A DNA stretch of 64,000 bases from Eledone cirrhosa (lineage: Eukaryota), in the NCBI GenBank assembly GCA_964016885.1, contig OZ024741.1:215760001-215824000 (forward strand), written 5' to 3'. The notes under the pieces are model-generated. The model did no database searches and was not told where the DNA came from. It saw only the letters and a program-made list of their open reading frames with translations. Every line of letters starts with the position of its first letter. Positions within the stretch are counted from its first letter, which is position 1. Shown here one piece after another: positions 14,306 through 29,294 of this stretch. Made by a program: the position numbers and the translations under genes.

Positions 14306-15302
14306 CTAGCAGCAGTACCCAGCGTTGCCTGTGTAAGTAAAATAATAACTGCTTTGATGAAAAGATGTTGATCTTAGTGACAGCTTCTCGATGACTCATC
14401 TATGGCTATGCGGGGGAGGGTGGTGATGATCTCTATCACTGAGAAACGCGAGTGACTGACGAAGGGGCATGCTGGGGGAGGGAGGTAACGACCTCTAACA
14501 CTAAGCCAAATTTCCTCACGCTACTTGATTGGAAACCGATGAATTCTCAAATACACAACTAAAAGCTCAGACGACGTCAGTGGCCATCGTTTTGCTTTTG
14601 ACTATCTATAAGATGTGCAATGATAGGTTCTATCGTAGTATAAAAGTTGAACCAAATAAATTGATTTATATGTGAGGTGGAGCCGAGGTTTCGAATTTGA
14701 ACGAAATCGGTTGAAAAATGTGGCAGCTAGAGCTGAAAAAACGGAAATTTGAGCGAAACGGTGGTATTTTCGAATATTTAAGCGGATGCCACGGCGTTCC
14801 TGAAGAAAAAATCCAAAATGTAAAGCCACTTTAAGACGTGAAATAATCAGATCTAGCGTAGTGTGAAATCTGAACAAAGTAGGTTGATTAATGTGGGTGC
14901 TAGAGCCGAAAAAGTGGAAATTTGAGTGGTCATTTTGAATATTTAAGCGGCTGCCACGCCGTCCCTGAAGAACAAATACAAAATATAAAGCCATTACAGG
15001 ATGTGCAATGATAACTTCTATTTTGCTTTAAAATTTGAATGAAATCGGTGGCAAAATGTGGGAGCTAGAGCCAAAAATCTTATTTTTCGATACCTAAAAA
15101 AAGGTGACGCCCCTATCGATTTTTATCTGCAGAATGACCCCGGAATAAAACAAACCATACGCTGATATATAGAAAACCCTCCCCGATGACTAATCTATGA
15201 GTCTGTAAAGTTTCATGAAAATCGGTCGTAAGATGTAGGCCCCTATAGGTAATACACAGACATACAGACACACACACATACTTAATTTTATATATATACA
15301 GA
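14306..15302 (-). mobile_element. Non-autonomous Helitron
   Basis: Minus strand starts TCTGTATATATATAAAA followed by a (TGTC)-like microsatellite, and ends with a subterminal hairpin and CTAG. Inserted between A and T with no TSD. Confidence 0.85.
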
Positions 15303-15303
15303 T

Positions 15304-15447
15304 TATATATAATTCAAAAGTACTGTGTTGTGTTTTCAGTACGTTCTCATCGGACAAAATATATATTGTCTTATGAGGAATAATATTTTGTCTGATGCGG
15401 ACGTACTGAAAAAACAACATAGTACCTTTGAAATATATATAATAAAC
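15304..15447. ncRNA. Head-to-head pair of degenerate type I hammerheads
   Basis: Plus strand: TTTTGT-CTGATGC-ggacGTACTG...TAGTACcttt-GAAA-TatatA-TA/ATAAA (15386-15447). The minus arm has CCGATGA...GAAT. The consensus of the two arms restores CUGAUGA and GAAA. Confidence 0.65.
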
Positions 15448-15496
15448 TATATATTTTGATTATGAGAATATTTTTCATTTGTTAATATTTTGAATA

Positions 15497-15597
<101 letters not shown>

Positions 15598-15915
15598 TAT
15601 ATATATATATATATATATATTGAGAGAGAGAGAGACAGAGAGAGAGCGCATATATATATATTATATATATATATCTACTTATGCATATATATATATACAT
15701 ATATGTATATACATGCCCCCCCACACACACAGACACAATATATATATATATATACGATTATGAGGTGTACATAACAGATTATTAAGACAGATATTTTAGT
15801 CACTCCTATTCAGTTTATCTTTAGTCCATTCCCACCCAGATAATCCAACACTAGGAGATTTGTAAAGGTTTGAATAGATTTACTAACTGAAAAACAGACA
15901 CACACAACTCTCTCC

Positions 15916-16033
<118 letters not shown>

Positions 16034-16075
16034 TAAAATAACAGATAATATATATAGTATATATCATATACTATT

Positions 16076-16109
<34 letters not shown>

Positions 16110-16250
16110 CTATAAAGTATGTCCATAGAATCATTTGATAATATATATACACCATTTCCTCTCCCAATTAGCATAATTAACCACACAAAAATCAATTAGA
16201 CCAGGCTATAAGATTAAAAGGCACCTATGAAGAAATATTAAATAAATAAA

Positions 16251-16304
<54 letters not shown>

Positions 16305-16417
16305 TTTAGGTGTATTGGTTCAACACTGGATAGAACTGGTCATTCCGTATGGACAAACTCGATGTAATATTATGGAAAGCACTCAGTCCTGCCTCCTGTT
16401 ATTTTATAGTGTATATA

Positions 16418-17241
16418 TCTTTATATATATAAAATTAAGTATGTGTGTGTGTCTGTGTATTATCTATAGGGGCCTACATCTTACGACCGATTTTCATGAA
16501 ACTTTATAGGCTCATAGATTAGTCATTGCGGAGTGTTTTCTATATATCGCCGTATCGTTTTTTTTTTTATTCCGGGATCATTCCGGGATCATTCTGCAGA
16601 TAAAATCGATAGTGGGGGGGGGGGGGGGGTCTTTTTTTTAGGAATCGAAAAATAAGATTTCTGGCTTTAGCTCCCAAATTTTGCCACCGATTTCGTTCAA
16701 ATTTTAAAGCAAAATAGAATTTCTCATTGCGCATCCCGTAATGGCTTTATGTTTTACATTTGTGTTTCAGGGACAGCGTGGCAGCCGCTTAAATATTCAA
16801 AACGACCACTTTTAGACTCAAATTTCCACTCTTTCGGCTCTAGCTCCCACATTAATCAACCTACTTTGTTCAAATTTTACAGGACGTTAGATCTGATTAT
16901 TTCACGTCTTCAAGTCGCTTTACATTTGGGATTTTTTGTTCACAAACGCTGTGGCAGCCGCTTAAATATTCGAAAATACCACTTTTACGCTCAAATTTCC
17001 GCCTTTTCGGCTCTAGCTCCCACATTTTTCAACCGATTTCGTTCAAATTCGAAACACCCTCCCTAGCATGCCCCTTCGTCAGTCACCCGCGTTTCTCAGT
17101 GATAGAGGTCATCACCACCCTCCCCCGCATGCCCCGTGTTTGGCCATAGATATCATCGAGAAGCAGTGGCTAAGATCAACACCTTTTCATCAAAGCAAAT
17201 ATTATTTTTCCTACCCAGGCAACGGTGGGTACTGCTGCTAG
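16418..17241 (+). mobile_element. Non-autonomous Helitron, second copy with an internal deletion
   Basis: A|TCTTTATATATATAAAATTAAG ... ACCCAggcaacggTGGGT actgctg CTAG|T. Homologous to 14306-15302. Confidence 0.85.
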
Positions 17242-17261
17242 TATATATATATATATATATA

Positions 17262-17425
17262 TAACGAAGGAAGTGTGGTAAGGATCCAGGGGAACCATAA
17301 CGCACCAGAGTACTCAATACTTAGGGTAGTAGAGTGGGTAATAGGAAAATGTTCAAGACCCCGACGGCAGAGCTCAAGCGTCGAGTCGGCTTGAGCTCTG
17401 CCGTCGGGGTCTTGAACATTCTCCT

Positions 17426-17427
<2 letters not shown>
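17262..17427 (-). mobile_element. Fold-back half-hammerhead element (family also at 27.1, 27.5, 41.6, 49.6 and 54.7 kb)
   Basis: Shared tail ...acccactctactaccctaagtattgagtac...ccttcgt(TA)n plus a terminal palindrome at 17343-17425. Confidence 0.8.
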
Positions 17428-17457
<30 letters not shown>

Positions 17458-17964
17458 AGTACCAAAAAGTACGAAACAGAGCTCTGTCAGCTTTATCTCC
17501 CCTGTTTGCTGAAAATTTAAAGTAAGTTAGACTGTCACTACTCTAAAACAATAGCGTAAGGTCTTCGAAATGCTTTTAATTAAGCATGCAGTGTATAAAA
17601 TACACTATATATATACATTCATATATATATATCGCTATTTCAGAGCACCAATATATATATATATATATATATTTATAATATATACAGTATATATATAATG
17701 TATCACAGAAAACTGTTCTACTATATATTGGTATCGTTCGATGTTGGATTAAACGAGTCGGTTACGACAACGAATATTCAGGATGTTCGACCCACGGAAA
17801 GCTTGTTCCTTGAATTAATATGCAACAGGCTGAGCTTTCGTCAGGCGGGCGTAGCATTTAGGTCATTTCTCAGAAAGATCCAGCGTGAGAGAAATTGCGA
17901 GAAAGATAGAACCATTAATTACAAGTACTGTCTATATTTTATTATAGTGTAAATGAGGTTGGTG

Positions 17965-18310
17965 TGTTGGTAGTATCTGTAGAGCGTCGGGCTCGCTGCC
18001 TTGTGGCTTAGAGTTACGGCATTTTACGTTCTGAGTTCAAATACTGCCGAGGTTAGCTTTGTGCCTTTCATCCTTATGAAGTCGATAACATATAGAACCT
18101 GTCTCGCACTGGGGTCGATTTAATTGACTATCCCTTCCCCCAAAATTGCTAGAGCATAGTGCAAGCTCAATGCTCTAGCATTGCTCTAGTATGAATTACT
18201 AGAGCATTGGGATGGAAATCGAAAGGTTGTGACCGAATGATGTGTTGTTTCCTTGAGCAAGACACCTTATTTCACGTTGCTCCAGTTTACTCAGCTGTAG
18301 AAATGAGATG
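17965..18310 (+). mobile_element. Meta/MESC-type SINE followed by a CORE-like SINE fragment
   Basis: gagttcaaat...cctttcatcc...gtcgataa, then ccttgagcaagacac..atttcacgttgctcc. Confidence 0.7.
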
Positions 18311-18404
18311 ATAGGACTGGTGTCTCTATCATTAAATCACCCAAGACACCGCCAATGAGATATACTTTGGAGGAGGCCAGCTAAACCTGCATAGGTATGA
18401 GCTG

Positions 18405-18500
<96 letters not shown>

Positions 18501-19234
18501 TCATTGGGGATATTACAATGGAAGAAATATATGCAGAAGAAAAACAAACATCGATTACCCTAATCTGTAAAAAACACATTCAGAAAATCAGAGCTAGTCA
18601 TGAACCCAAGTCCGACAAAAATACCAATCCCCAAATCTTGACCTCAGACACCATTCATATACTTCGTTAAACTATGGACACGCACCTCTATTTTCCGTAA
18701 ACCAACCCACCAACTCGCAGCAGTCACTGGTATGGGGAAACAGACGTTATCTAGCAGCAGCCGCCATATTACGTAGTTTCTGTATGACAAAATATATTAT
18801 TATATGTAATTTATGTCAATTCGAGGAGTTCCATATTTCGGTGTATACAACCCTACATAATGTTGAATGATAAATTTATGTTTGACAGAGGAATAAAAAT
18901 TCTTATCAAAATCATTCCAAAAGTAAATGTTGTAAGCGGCCTTGTAATATCTCAACTACCTACAGTACACTTCTCCCTTCCTTCTACCCCGTAGTAGTAA
19001 TCTTTCAATTAAATATAGTGGAATCTCCCAGTAGCAAATGCTCCCACCTGAGCATGTTAAATCCATCCAACTCATCACAGCCGACCAATGAAAAGCGAGC
19101 AAACCTGTATTCCCCAATAGCGCATATCGAGGTCCTTCCATTACGAGCAAATTGAATCATCAGGTTTTATTTTCTGAATATACACGCAAACGCGGGCACA
19201 AATTAACACACTCATATATATAGAGATACAAACT

Positions 19235-19307
<73 letters not shown>

Positions 19308-19478
19308 TTGTATTTTTAACTCTGATACTGGTTCAGTCTGGTTCAAACTGAATTGGTCTGTCCCAGTCATTCATTGAGCAACATCGGTGAAGTTGGCACC
19401 CTTAACTCACATTTGGGTGCGGATGCATTCATGTATATATGTGTGTGTCCGCATGTATCTGTGTGTTTCTAAATGTAT

Positions 19479-19509
<31 letters not shown>

Positions 19510-19587
19510 CTGTGTGTATGTATATATATCATCATCATCGTTTAACGTCTTTCTTCCACGCTAACATGGGTTAGATATATATATGTT

Positions 19588-19618
<31 letters not shown>

Positions 19619-19779
19619 GTGTGCGTATGTGTGTGTGTGTATGTATATATATATATCATCATCATGGTTTAACGTTTATCTGCCATGCTGGCATGGGTTA
19701 GATATATATGTGTGTGCGTATATATATATATGTGTGTGTATATATATATACACATAGATATAGATACTTATAGATGCAA

Positions 19780-19850
<71 letters not shown>

Positions 19851-20264
19851 TACACACACACACACACACACACCTGTCCAGGGGCAGGTCTTGCACTCTC
19901 AGTTGTTTCACGCCATGACACCGGGATAAGCACAGGCCAAATGTGACTTCTGGCTTTAGACTATCATCTATTATAATGCAATTTCACACAATTCTCAGGG
20001 AGAATCCGCATGTCAGAGTAAGTGAGAATATTTGACGTATGAATTACAGGTATTCTCTATCATCTATAATAGTGCAATTACACACAATTCTCAGGGAGAT
20101 TCAGCGGGAGAGAATATGTGAGAAATATGGACCTAAGAATTAGAGATACAGCCCAACTTCTATTACAGTGTAAGTGGCTGCGCATTCCACAGACATATAC
20201 ACCTTTAATATGATGTTTTATTGGCCCTAGTGGCCAATAAAAGAATCATTATTAATTTGCTGCT

Positions 20265-21450
20265 AGGGCGGTGGATTGGCAGTATCAGTAGAGGGTCGGA
20301 CGCCATGCTTTGCAGCAAAGAGTTACGGCCTTTTATGGTCTGAGTTCAAATCTCGCCGAGGTTAACTTTGCCTTTCATCCTTACGGGGTCGATAAAATAA
20401 AGTACCAGTAATACACTGGGATAGTTGCTGGCCTTGTTCCAAAGGTAGAAACAATTATTAATTTGCTGCTAGCTCATAGTAATATTGATGATGATGACGA
20501 TGATATTGATGATGATGATAATAATAATAATTGTATCTACTTTTGGCACAAGGCAGGTAATTACCCAGTGCATCACTGGTACTTTATTTTATCGACCCCG
20601 TAAGGATGAAAGGCAAAGTTAACCTCAGCTGGATTTGAACTCAGAATGGCAAGGGCCGTAACTCTATGCGTCAAAGTATGGCGTCCGACCCTCTACCGAT
20701 ATTGCCAATCCACCAATAATAATGGTTTCTTTTATAGACAGAAGGCCAGCCATTTGGTGAGTGGGGAAATTCGATTAAATCGACTCCAGTGCGGGACTTG
20801 GTACTTTATTGACCCCGTAAGGATGAAAGGCAAAGTTTACCTCGGCGGGATTTGAACTCAGATCATAAAATCCATAACTCTATGCTGCAAAGCATGGTGT
20901 CCGACGCTTTACCGATTCTGCCAATCCACCAATAATAATAATAATAATTGTTTCTAATTTAGGCAGGTATGTTGTCTGACGCTCTACCGATTCTGACAAT
21001 CCACCACCCTTAATAATACTAACAATAATTGTTTCTGATTTAGGCACAAGTCCAGCAATTTGGGGTGAAAGGAAAGTCAATTAAATCGACACCAGTACGT
21101 TAATGATACTTTATTTTATCGACCCCATAAGGATAAAAGGCAAAGTTAACCTCGGCGAGATTTGAACACTGAATGTAAAGAGACGTAACTCTATGTCACA
21201 AAGGATGTTGACCTGACCGACGCTCTCCTCATACTACCAGTTCACCAATGATAATAATAACTGTTTCTATATTTGGTACAAAGCCAGCAATTATCCCAGT
21301 GCATTACTGGTACTTTATTTTATCGACCCTGTAAGGATGAAAGGCAAAGTTAACCACGGCGGGATTTGAACTCAGATCATAAAGGGCCGTAACTCTTTAC
21401 TGCAAAGCATGGCATCCGATCCTCTACCTTACTGCCGATCCACCAATCAT
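20265..21450. mobile_element. Cluster of about six tRNA-derived SINEs (one plus, the rest minus)
   Basis: A box ggattggcagtatcggtagag and B box gagttcaaat. The central gcctttcatccttacggggtcgataaaataaagtaccag resembles the Meta/MESC domain. (ATT)n tails. Confidence 0.9.
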
Positions 21451-21674
21451 AACGAGAAGAACAACATGACGAATAACAACAAGGACAACGACAATAACAA
21501 CACAAATGTGGATTTTTGTTCATAAGCTTCGCTTTTAAATAATATTTTCTGTCTACCACACCAAAATCTTTTGACTTACTTTTCAGAACAACACACCTAT
21601 AGAATGGACTTGAATTGCTAGTAGTAATCTACAAGTAACTAAGTCGTGATTTAACTATTTTTTGTCTTGATACA

Positions 21675-22413
21675 TCATCTGCCATTTTTGTTAGTCACCT
21701 TTAATGCCACCGCCTTACGTAATCTACAGTTTTGTCTCTATCTCCACCGGCATCACCTTATATAATCTGCCATTTTGTTAGACACCTCCACCGTCATTGC
21801 CTTATATAATCTGCCATTTTCTCTCTACCACCACCATAATCATCTTATATAATCTGTCATTTTGTCTCCACCGACACCATCATCACCTTATATAATGCGC
21901 CATTTTGTCTTCACTGCCACCATCATCGCCTTATATAATCTGCCATTTTGTTAGTCACCTCCACCGTCTTCACCTTATATAATCTGCCATTTTGTCTTCA
22001 CCACCACCATCATCACCTTATATAATTCACCATTTTGTCTTCATCTCCACCTTCACCATCTTATATAATCCGCCATTTTGTCTCCATCTCCACCTTCAAC
22101 ATCTTATATAATCCGCCATTTTGTCTCCATCTGCACCTTCACTGGCCTTATATAATCCGCCATTTTGTCTCCATCTCCACCTTCATCACCTTATATAATT
22201 CACCATTTTATCTCCATCTCCACCTTCATCACCTAATATAATCCGCTATTTTGACTCCATCGCCACCTTCATTGTCTTATATAATCCGCCATTTTGTCTC
22301 CATCTCCACCGTCATCGCCTTATATAATCCGCCATCTTGTCTCCATCTCCACCGTCATCGCCTTATATAATCCGCCATTTTGTCTCCATCTCCACCGTCA
22401 TCGCCTTATATAA
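21675..22413. repeat. 43-bp minisatellite, about 17 copies
   Basis: Unit ccttatataatccgccattttgtctccatctccaccgtcatcg starts at 22318, 22361 and 22404. More degenerate leftwards. Confidence 0.92.
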
Positions 22414-22646
22414 TGCAATAAAGTTACGTTGATGCTTTGTCCACGGGGTATGTTTACATTTCTTCTGCTTGGCTCTTTTATTGGATATTGAATCATAAAC
22501 TATTAGATCACCAACACATTACATACCTCGATAGCATTATGTATATGTGTATGGATATGTATGTGTAAATGTGTAAGAGTGAATATATATGTGCGTGTAT
22601 GTGTATATGCATAAATCAGTATTGTAAGTATGTATATGTATATTAG

Positions 22647-22731
<85 letters not shown>

Positions 22732-22740
22732 GTATATATG

Positions 22741-22843
<103 letters not shown>

Positions 22844-22960
22844 TCATACATTCATATACACACATTCACATACATTCATACACATTCACGCACATTCATA
22901 CACACATTCATACACACACACACACACATATAAGCATACAGACACAAACACACACACAGA

Positions 22961-23007
<47 letters not shown>

Positions 23008-24012
23008 GTGTGTGTATGTGTGTGTGTGTGTGTGTGTGAGTAACGAGACACATATACATATATATACATATATATAATACATATACTTACATAGACATAC
23101 ACAGACGAGTACCTGCACATATACATACGCGGCAGTCTGCACTTTCACCTGCCAGCGTGTTTTTGCCGTCTGTTAACTCTCGCCTTTTCATGAAATGCTA
23201 TATTAAAGAAGAAAAAAAAGACAAAAGAAAAGAACCGACGAAATTTCCATTGAAGTTTGTCTGGTAGAGCACCACACCGCAGGCACAGATATTATTTATT
23301 GAGAACCATTCTAGAGGAAAACAAATATACCTTCATATTTATTTTCGATCATTTCTTAATTTAGCAAAGTGCTAAGGTGAACACATTCCGTTCTGCTTAT
23401 TATTATATTGTCCGATAGACAACATAACTTTATTACTTACACAAGGATAGTGAAATTGTATGGCTTAGTGGTTAAAGTATTTGGATTGTGATCGTAAGGT
23501 CATGGGATCGATAATACAACCGGGTAGCTGAGGGGTAAGTTTTGTCTTTAAGAAGACAATCAATTTTATCTGTCATTGTAATTCATAGGGCCAGAACCTT
23601 GTCATACACTGCATCACACAGTATTAAAGTTACACGTGTGAGTGAAACGCTCAGCCACTTTCATGTTTATTCTTATAGATTGGATGTATCATACGTTACC
23701 ATATATTTTGAATAGCAATAAGTGCATCAAATGAGATAGCAACGTTGGCGACACCTTGTATATATTTAATAAGAATAAAAAAGAATAAAGAATAACGCAA
23801 GTAGAAAGTAACGATATGGTTGTATGTTGCATTATATAGACACATATGTATAATATGATATAATATAATGTATATATATATAAACACGTAGACATAAAGT
23901 TAGCAGAAATGAGATTACCAATGAATAATATATATAAGCTCAATGTGTTTATATCTTTATAGGAAGAAATATAGAGAAGTGTCATTTAACAGTAGAAGAA
24001 ATGTGGCATATG

Positions 24013-24070
<58 letters not shown>

Positions 24071-24075
24071 TTATT

Positions 24076-24226
24076 TATTTATTAAAATAACAGATTAAAG
24101 TTTAAGCAAAGAATCGCTGCATTCACCCTTAACGGGATCTTCTGAAACTCAGAGTTTCAGAAGATCCCGTTAAGGGTGAAAGCAGCGATTCTTTGCTTAA
24201 ACTTTAATCTGTTATTTTAATAAATA
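24076..24226. repeat. Near-perfect 151-bp palindrome (75-bp arms, 1-nt centre, one mismatch)
   Basis: Centre CTC-A-GAG at 24151. Confidence 0.95.
24151..24205 (+). ncRNA. Type I hammerhead fold with non-canonical CAGAAGA core
   Basis: AGAGUUU-CAGAAGA-uCCCguuaaGGGu-GAAA-GCA gcgauucuu UGC-UU/AAACUUU. The same motif is at 37951-38003. Confidence 0.65.
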
Positions 24227-24482
24227 TTTTCTCTAGGGTTCTTATATATTTGATATATATTTATCCTTATCGAACCCTCTTTGGATTTTATTATTACTAT
24301 ATATATATATAATGTTTTATAGAGAAATGCTTCTGCAGGATTAGAACTCTCAATGAAGCAGTTCCTCTCCTGCAGAAGCCATTTCTATATAAAATTTGAT
24401 GTTTTTACACTCTACTAATGTATTGAATACCTGATAAACAGTCGTTACCCTCAACTGAACCTGGGCCTCAGACACACACACA

Positions 24483-24549
<67 letters not shown>

Positions 24550-24550
24550 C

Positions 24551-24613
<63 letters not shown>

Positions 24614-25571
24614 TAAGGGAGTATATAAAGCATATCAATACGTTTATGTATAATAAATTTACGGGGATCTCTCTATGAATTTTCTTTTTCTTTTTTTAAG
24701 CGACGAGAATGCCAGACAATTGTTTCTGGGTTTTATCCGACATAGATGATATATAACCGTTGGCTACTGAGGCGAGATTTGAACTCAGAACCTATACAAC
24801 CGGAACAGATATTCATTGCAAAGCATCGTGACTCAATCTTTAACAATTCCAGTAATCCGTCGTCCCTGTATTTGTATTAGATTTTCAATTTTTCAATCCC
24901 GAAATGTAGGACAAGAAATTGGTTAGGACAATGGAAGGTATTTAACGACAGCAACAGTTGACTGATGAAATGACAAGTCGGTTAATCATATTGGTGACCT
25001 CCCCAAAGCCCCGGCGGACAGAATGGAGAAGGCGTTTCCCAGGAGGACCGCAAGGGAGACGCGCTGGAAAAGCCATACCAACTCGCAGGGTTGGCCAGCT
25101 GAGCGCCTAAAATGTAATGTTCACCTCCGAGGCGTGATTTGAACTCAGAACTCTAGAGATCTAGCTGAAATGTTCCCAGTATGACCATAGTCATGCACCA
25201 GAGTAAAATACGAATTTCTTTCTGTCTTATGTATTTTTAAAATAATCATATAACCAAACTAAAATTACACTATTTTAGAACTGTTTATTATTTCTGTTTT
25301 AGTAGTAAATCCATTTTCGTTGTTTTTCTTCTTTCAGGTAGTTAAACATGTGAGTGAGTTGCTGCTGCTGTTGTTGTTGGTGGTGGTGGTGGTAGTGTTA
25401 ATGTTGGTAGTAGAGGTCTTCGTAGGAGGGTTAAAACTGTACCGTTATCAACAGCGACCATTTAAAATATTTCCTCTTTGAGAGCATTTTATGATGTAGA
25501 AGTATAGCGTACCCGCTTTGATGTTGCGGAATAATTAATTATCAATAAGAGACAGCAACAGCAGCAGCAGC

Positions 25572-25572
25572 T

Positions 25573-25649
<77 letters not shown>

Positions 25650-25715
25650 TGTTGTAGTAGTAGTAGTATTAGTAGTAGTTGTTGTAGTAGTAGTAGTATT
25701 AGTAGTAGTAGTAGT
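25572..25715. repeat. (GTA)n trinucleotide microsatellite
   Basis: Direct reading. Confidence 0.95.
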
Positions 25716-25998
25716 TACAGCTCGTGAAAATGAAAGGAAATATATTCCGCTTGGCCGCAACTCTTATTGAAGCTAGCGTTAGTTTGCAAGTAGCTGTTTG
25801 AAGTTGAGACTAAAAGCAACAAACTTCATAAGTGCTGTTTAGTCTTCAAATTAAAACCCAGTGGCGACTACTTCCGGTAGAGAGAAATCTACGTTTCCAA
25901 AACGAATGAAAATTATAAAAAGGCAGAGAGGGAGAGTCAGAGAAAAAGAGAACAAAAAATGAGATTCTGACAGGCAAAAGACAAACAGATAGACAAGC

Positions 25999-26107
<109 letters not shown>

Positions 26108-26243
26108 GGACACAGAGGTGGTTAAAGCGAGACAAAGAGGGACAAATGGAGAGGGACGAAATCAGAGAAAAAGGGGCAAAGCCAGATAAAAAGAGATGAG
26201 AGAGAGGGAGAGATATACCGACAGAGCAAGGAAGGTGAGAGAA

Positions 26244-26318
<75 letters not shown>

Positions 26319-26647
26319 CATACATTTCAAACAATATTTAACTCTTCCTGGTTCAAGGAAAACATATTTTTAATGAGTTTTTGGCAAAAATAATGTATGC
26401 ACGTTTCTGCGCGTTTAACCTGGAACTCATCCGTTTCATAGAGAAAATATGATTATCTTGTTCAGTAGAGAATTATAATAGGACTGGCATTTAGGTGGCT
26501 AACAGTTTTTTCTCTTTCTTTTACTGTTTCATTTCTCCCTCATTACAGATACACGCACAAGACTTAATCACTGTTTGTAAGTAACTAGGTATGCCTTTCA
26601 CTCCCGGTGGGCTTATCAGAATAAGAATATTTATCTCCCCGCGCTTG

Positions 26648-26691
<44 letters not shown>

Positions 26692-26710
26692 AGTGCGCGA
26701 GAGCGCGAGT

Positions 26711-26795
<85 letters not shown>

Positions 26796-26877
26796 TGTGT
26801 GTGCGTACGTGCGTGCGTGTGTGTGTATGACTGCATGTATATCTATCTATCTCTCTCTATATATATGTATATAATTG

Positions 26878-27020
26878 AAGGCATATGGCTGAGTGGTTAG
26901 AGAATTGGATTCACAGTCTTGAGGTTGTGAGTTCGATTCCTTGACCGGGCGATGCGTTATGTCCTTGAGCAAGACACTTTATTTCACGTTGCTCCCTCTA
27001 CCTGGAGTTGCGACCGATAG
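26878..27020 (+). mobile_element. tRNA-derived CORE-like SINE
   Basis: A box tggctgagtggttagag, B box gagttcgattcc, then tgtccttgagcaagacactttatttcacgttgctcc. Decayed relatives at about 23460 and 39070. Confidence 0.75.
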
Positions 27021-27128
27021 ATTATATTAGCAATTGGAAAGACCAATGGAAACATTGTTTCCTCGGTCCAATTTGACGAAAGTCGATCGTTCCTTATATA
27101 TATACATATACGTATATATATAAGGAAC

Positions 27129-27220
27129 AGTAGAGTGGGTAATAGGAACCAGTAAGACCCCGACGGCTGAGCTCAAGCCGTCGAAACGGCTTGAGCTCAG
27201 CCGTCGGGGTCTTACTGGTT

Positions 27221-27225
<5 letters not shown>
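27129..27225. repeat. Palindromic half-hammerhead element
   Basis: Arms 27142-27225 turn at GCCGTCGAAACGGC. Confidence 0.85.
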
Positions 27226-27277
<52 letters not shown>

Positions 27278-27469
27278 ATGTGTGTGAGTGAGTGTGTGTA
27301 TCCGTGTGTGTGTCTGTGCGAGTGTATATAGGTCGATACTTAATAAAAATATAAACATGTAATCGAAACAGCGTCGTCTTTTCTTATTATATATATATAT
27401 AATTATATTAGGTATAAATCGAAGTTGCAGCTTTAATACTGCAGATGCTAATCGAATTATACACACACA

Positions 27470-27540
<71 letters not shown>

Positions 27541-27543
<3 letters not shown>

Positions 27544-27747
27544 AACCAGTAAGACCCCGACGGCTGAGCTCAAGCCGTTTCGACGGCTAATTCTGGACTA
27601 GACATTTAGTCCAGAATTAGCCGTCGAAACGGCTTGAGCTCAGCCGTCGGGGTCTTACTGGTTCCTGTTACCCACTCTACTACCCTAAGTATTGAGTACT
27701 TTGGTGCGTTATGGTCCACCTGGTTCCTTACCACATTTCCTTCGTTA
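27541..27747 (+). mobile_element. Palindromic half-hammerhead element with full tail
   Basis: Perfect 60-bp arms (27541-27666) with loop GACATT. The right arm carries GAAA-CGGCT tgagctc AGCCG-TC/GGGGTC. Confidence 0.85.
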
Positions 27748-29094
27748 TATATATATTTATATATATATATGGTTATTGTCTTCAACACACAACTGTCGAT
27801 GCCTCCGGTTTCAAACCTGCCTGTATGCTAAATTATGGGTCCGCCCAGATACATGCATCGTTATCTTTCAGGCAACTGTAAACAAGGATGATTGACGCTA
27901 TTACCGTGAGATTTTATTAAGTTCAAGGGGAATACCCCTGTATCTTAATTAACGTGTTGCTTTCCTAATGCAAGGGGAATAACTCTTGCTAATAACATAA
28001 TTAACCAGCTATTAATTAAACATTTATTAGTAGCTGAGTTTAAATGACTCTTGCTTATACGGTGTATCAGAATCAAATACTAATTATTCTTGCTGGACCG
28101 GCAATCGCTCTGTATAAGAATCCAGCTTCTATAATTTTCGGCGGAAGCAGGGGAGTACGTGGCTCTGATGAACGCCAACCAGCGTGAAACAGGCTGTTAG
28201 CTTCTCTCGCTTCTTTCGCCGAAAAGAAGTAAGTGACATGTGACGTTGTCACTACTTCAAAACTGATAGCGTATGGTCTTCTAAATGTTTTCAATTAAAC
28301 ATACGGTATATTGCCAAATATACTATACATACATTCATGTAGACATCGCTATTTCAGAGCCCCAATCCTAATAACTAATTATATGTATATGCCTTCATAC
28401 GTATCTTCGTGTGAATTTCTCTAACGTGTTTGTGGGTTTGTGATTCCTATTCTGTCCGCCGGGTCCCCGTGGCGACCAGCACCGTGGCCCACATTTGCTT
28501 ATGATATTGAGAGATGAGGAGAGCGGAAGAGACGGAGGCAGTGACCGTGTGAGTTTGGTTCCATTGTGTTCTGACATGATGTATAGGTATATATTTATTT
28601 ACCACCCCACATATACATACATGTGTTAAGTGTATGATGAAGAAATGTAACTCCGCTCCCCTCACCTCATTGAAATTGTTTATTAAGGGTAATTTCATAG
28701 GTCGAGGTTTGTATGGGATGTGTATTGTATGTGTGTATTAGTATGTAACTATACGTATCTTGGTGTAGTGTCTAGTGTGGGTTTAGGTTTGTGACAGTGT
28801 TGCTCCATGTTGCAATCAAGTGTGTATTCATATTTGGGCATTTTCTGTTCGTACTGTTCAGATATCAGGTGACTTACTTCATACAACATTCAAATATGTA
28901 CACACTATTGGGCGGCTGTTAACTCTCCTGAGTTCCTCCGTTCTTTGACAGTTTTCTTGTCATCCAAATATGACCCTCCTCACTAACCAAACTTGGTAGG
29001 GTTGCCGGTTGAGTCGCCGACAACCCAAACACGATAGTGGTGGTACTGGGCTACATATTATCAGGATAGGTCAAAAGAGCTTTGATAAAATCAA

Positions 29095-29285
29095 TAATTG
29101 TTTCTACGTTAGGCACAAGGCCAGCAATTAACCAGTGCATTACTGGTATTTTATTTTATCGACCCCGTAAGGATGAAAGGCAAAGTTAACCGGGGCGGGA
29201 TTTGAACTCGGAATGGCAAGGGCCGTAACTCTATACGTCAAAACATGGCGTCCGACCCTCTACCAATAGTGCCAATCCACCATCA
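29095..29285 (-). mobile_element. SINE (Meta/MESC-type)
   Basis: Reverse complement of the 20.3-kb family. Confidence 0.9.
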
Positions 29286-29294
29286 ATAATATGA

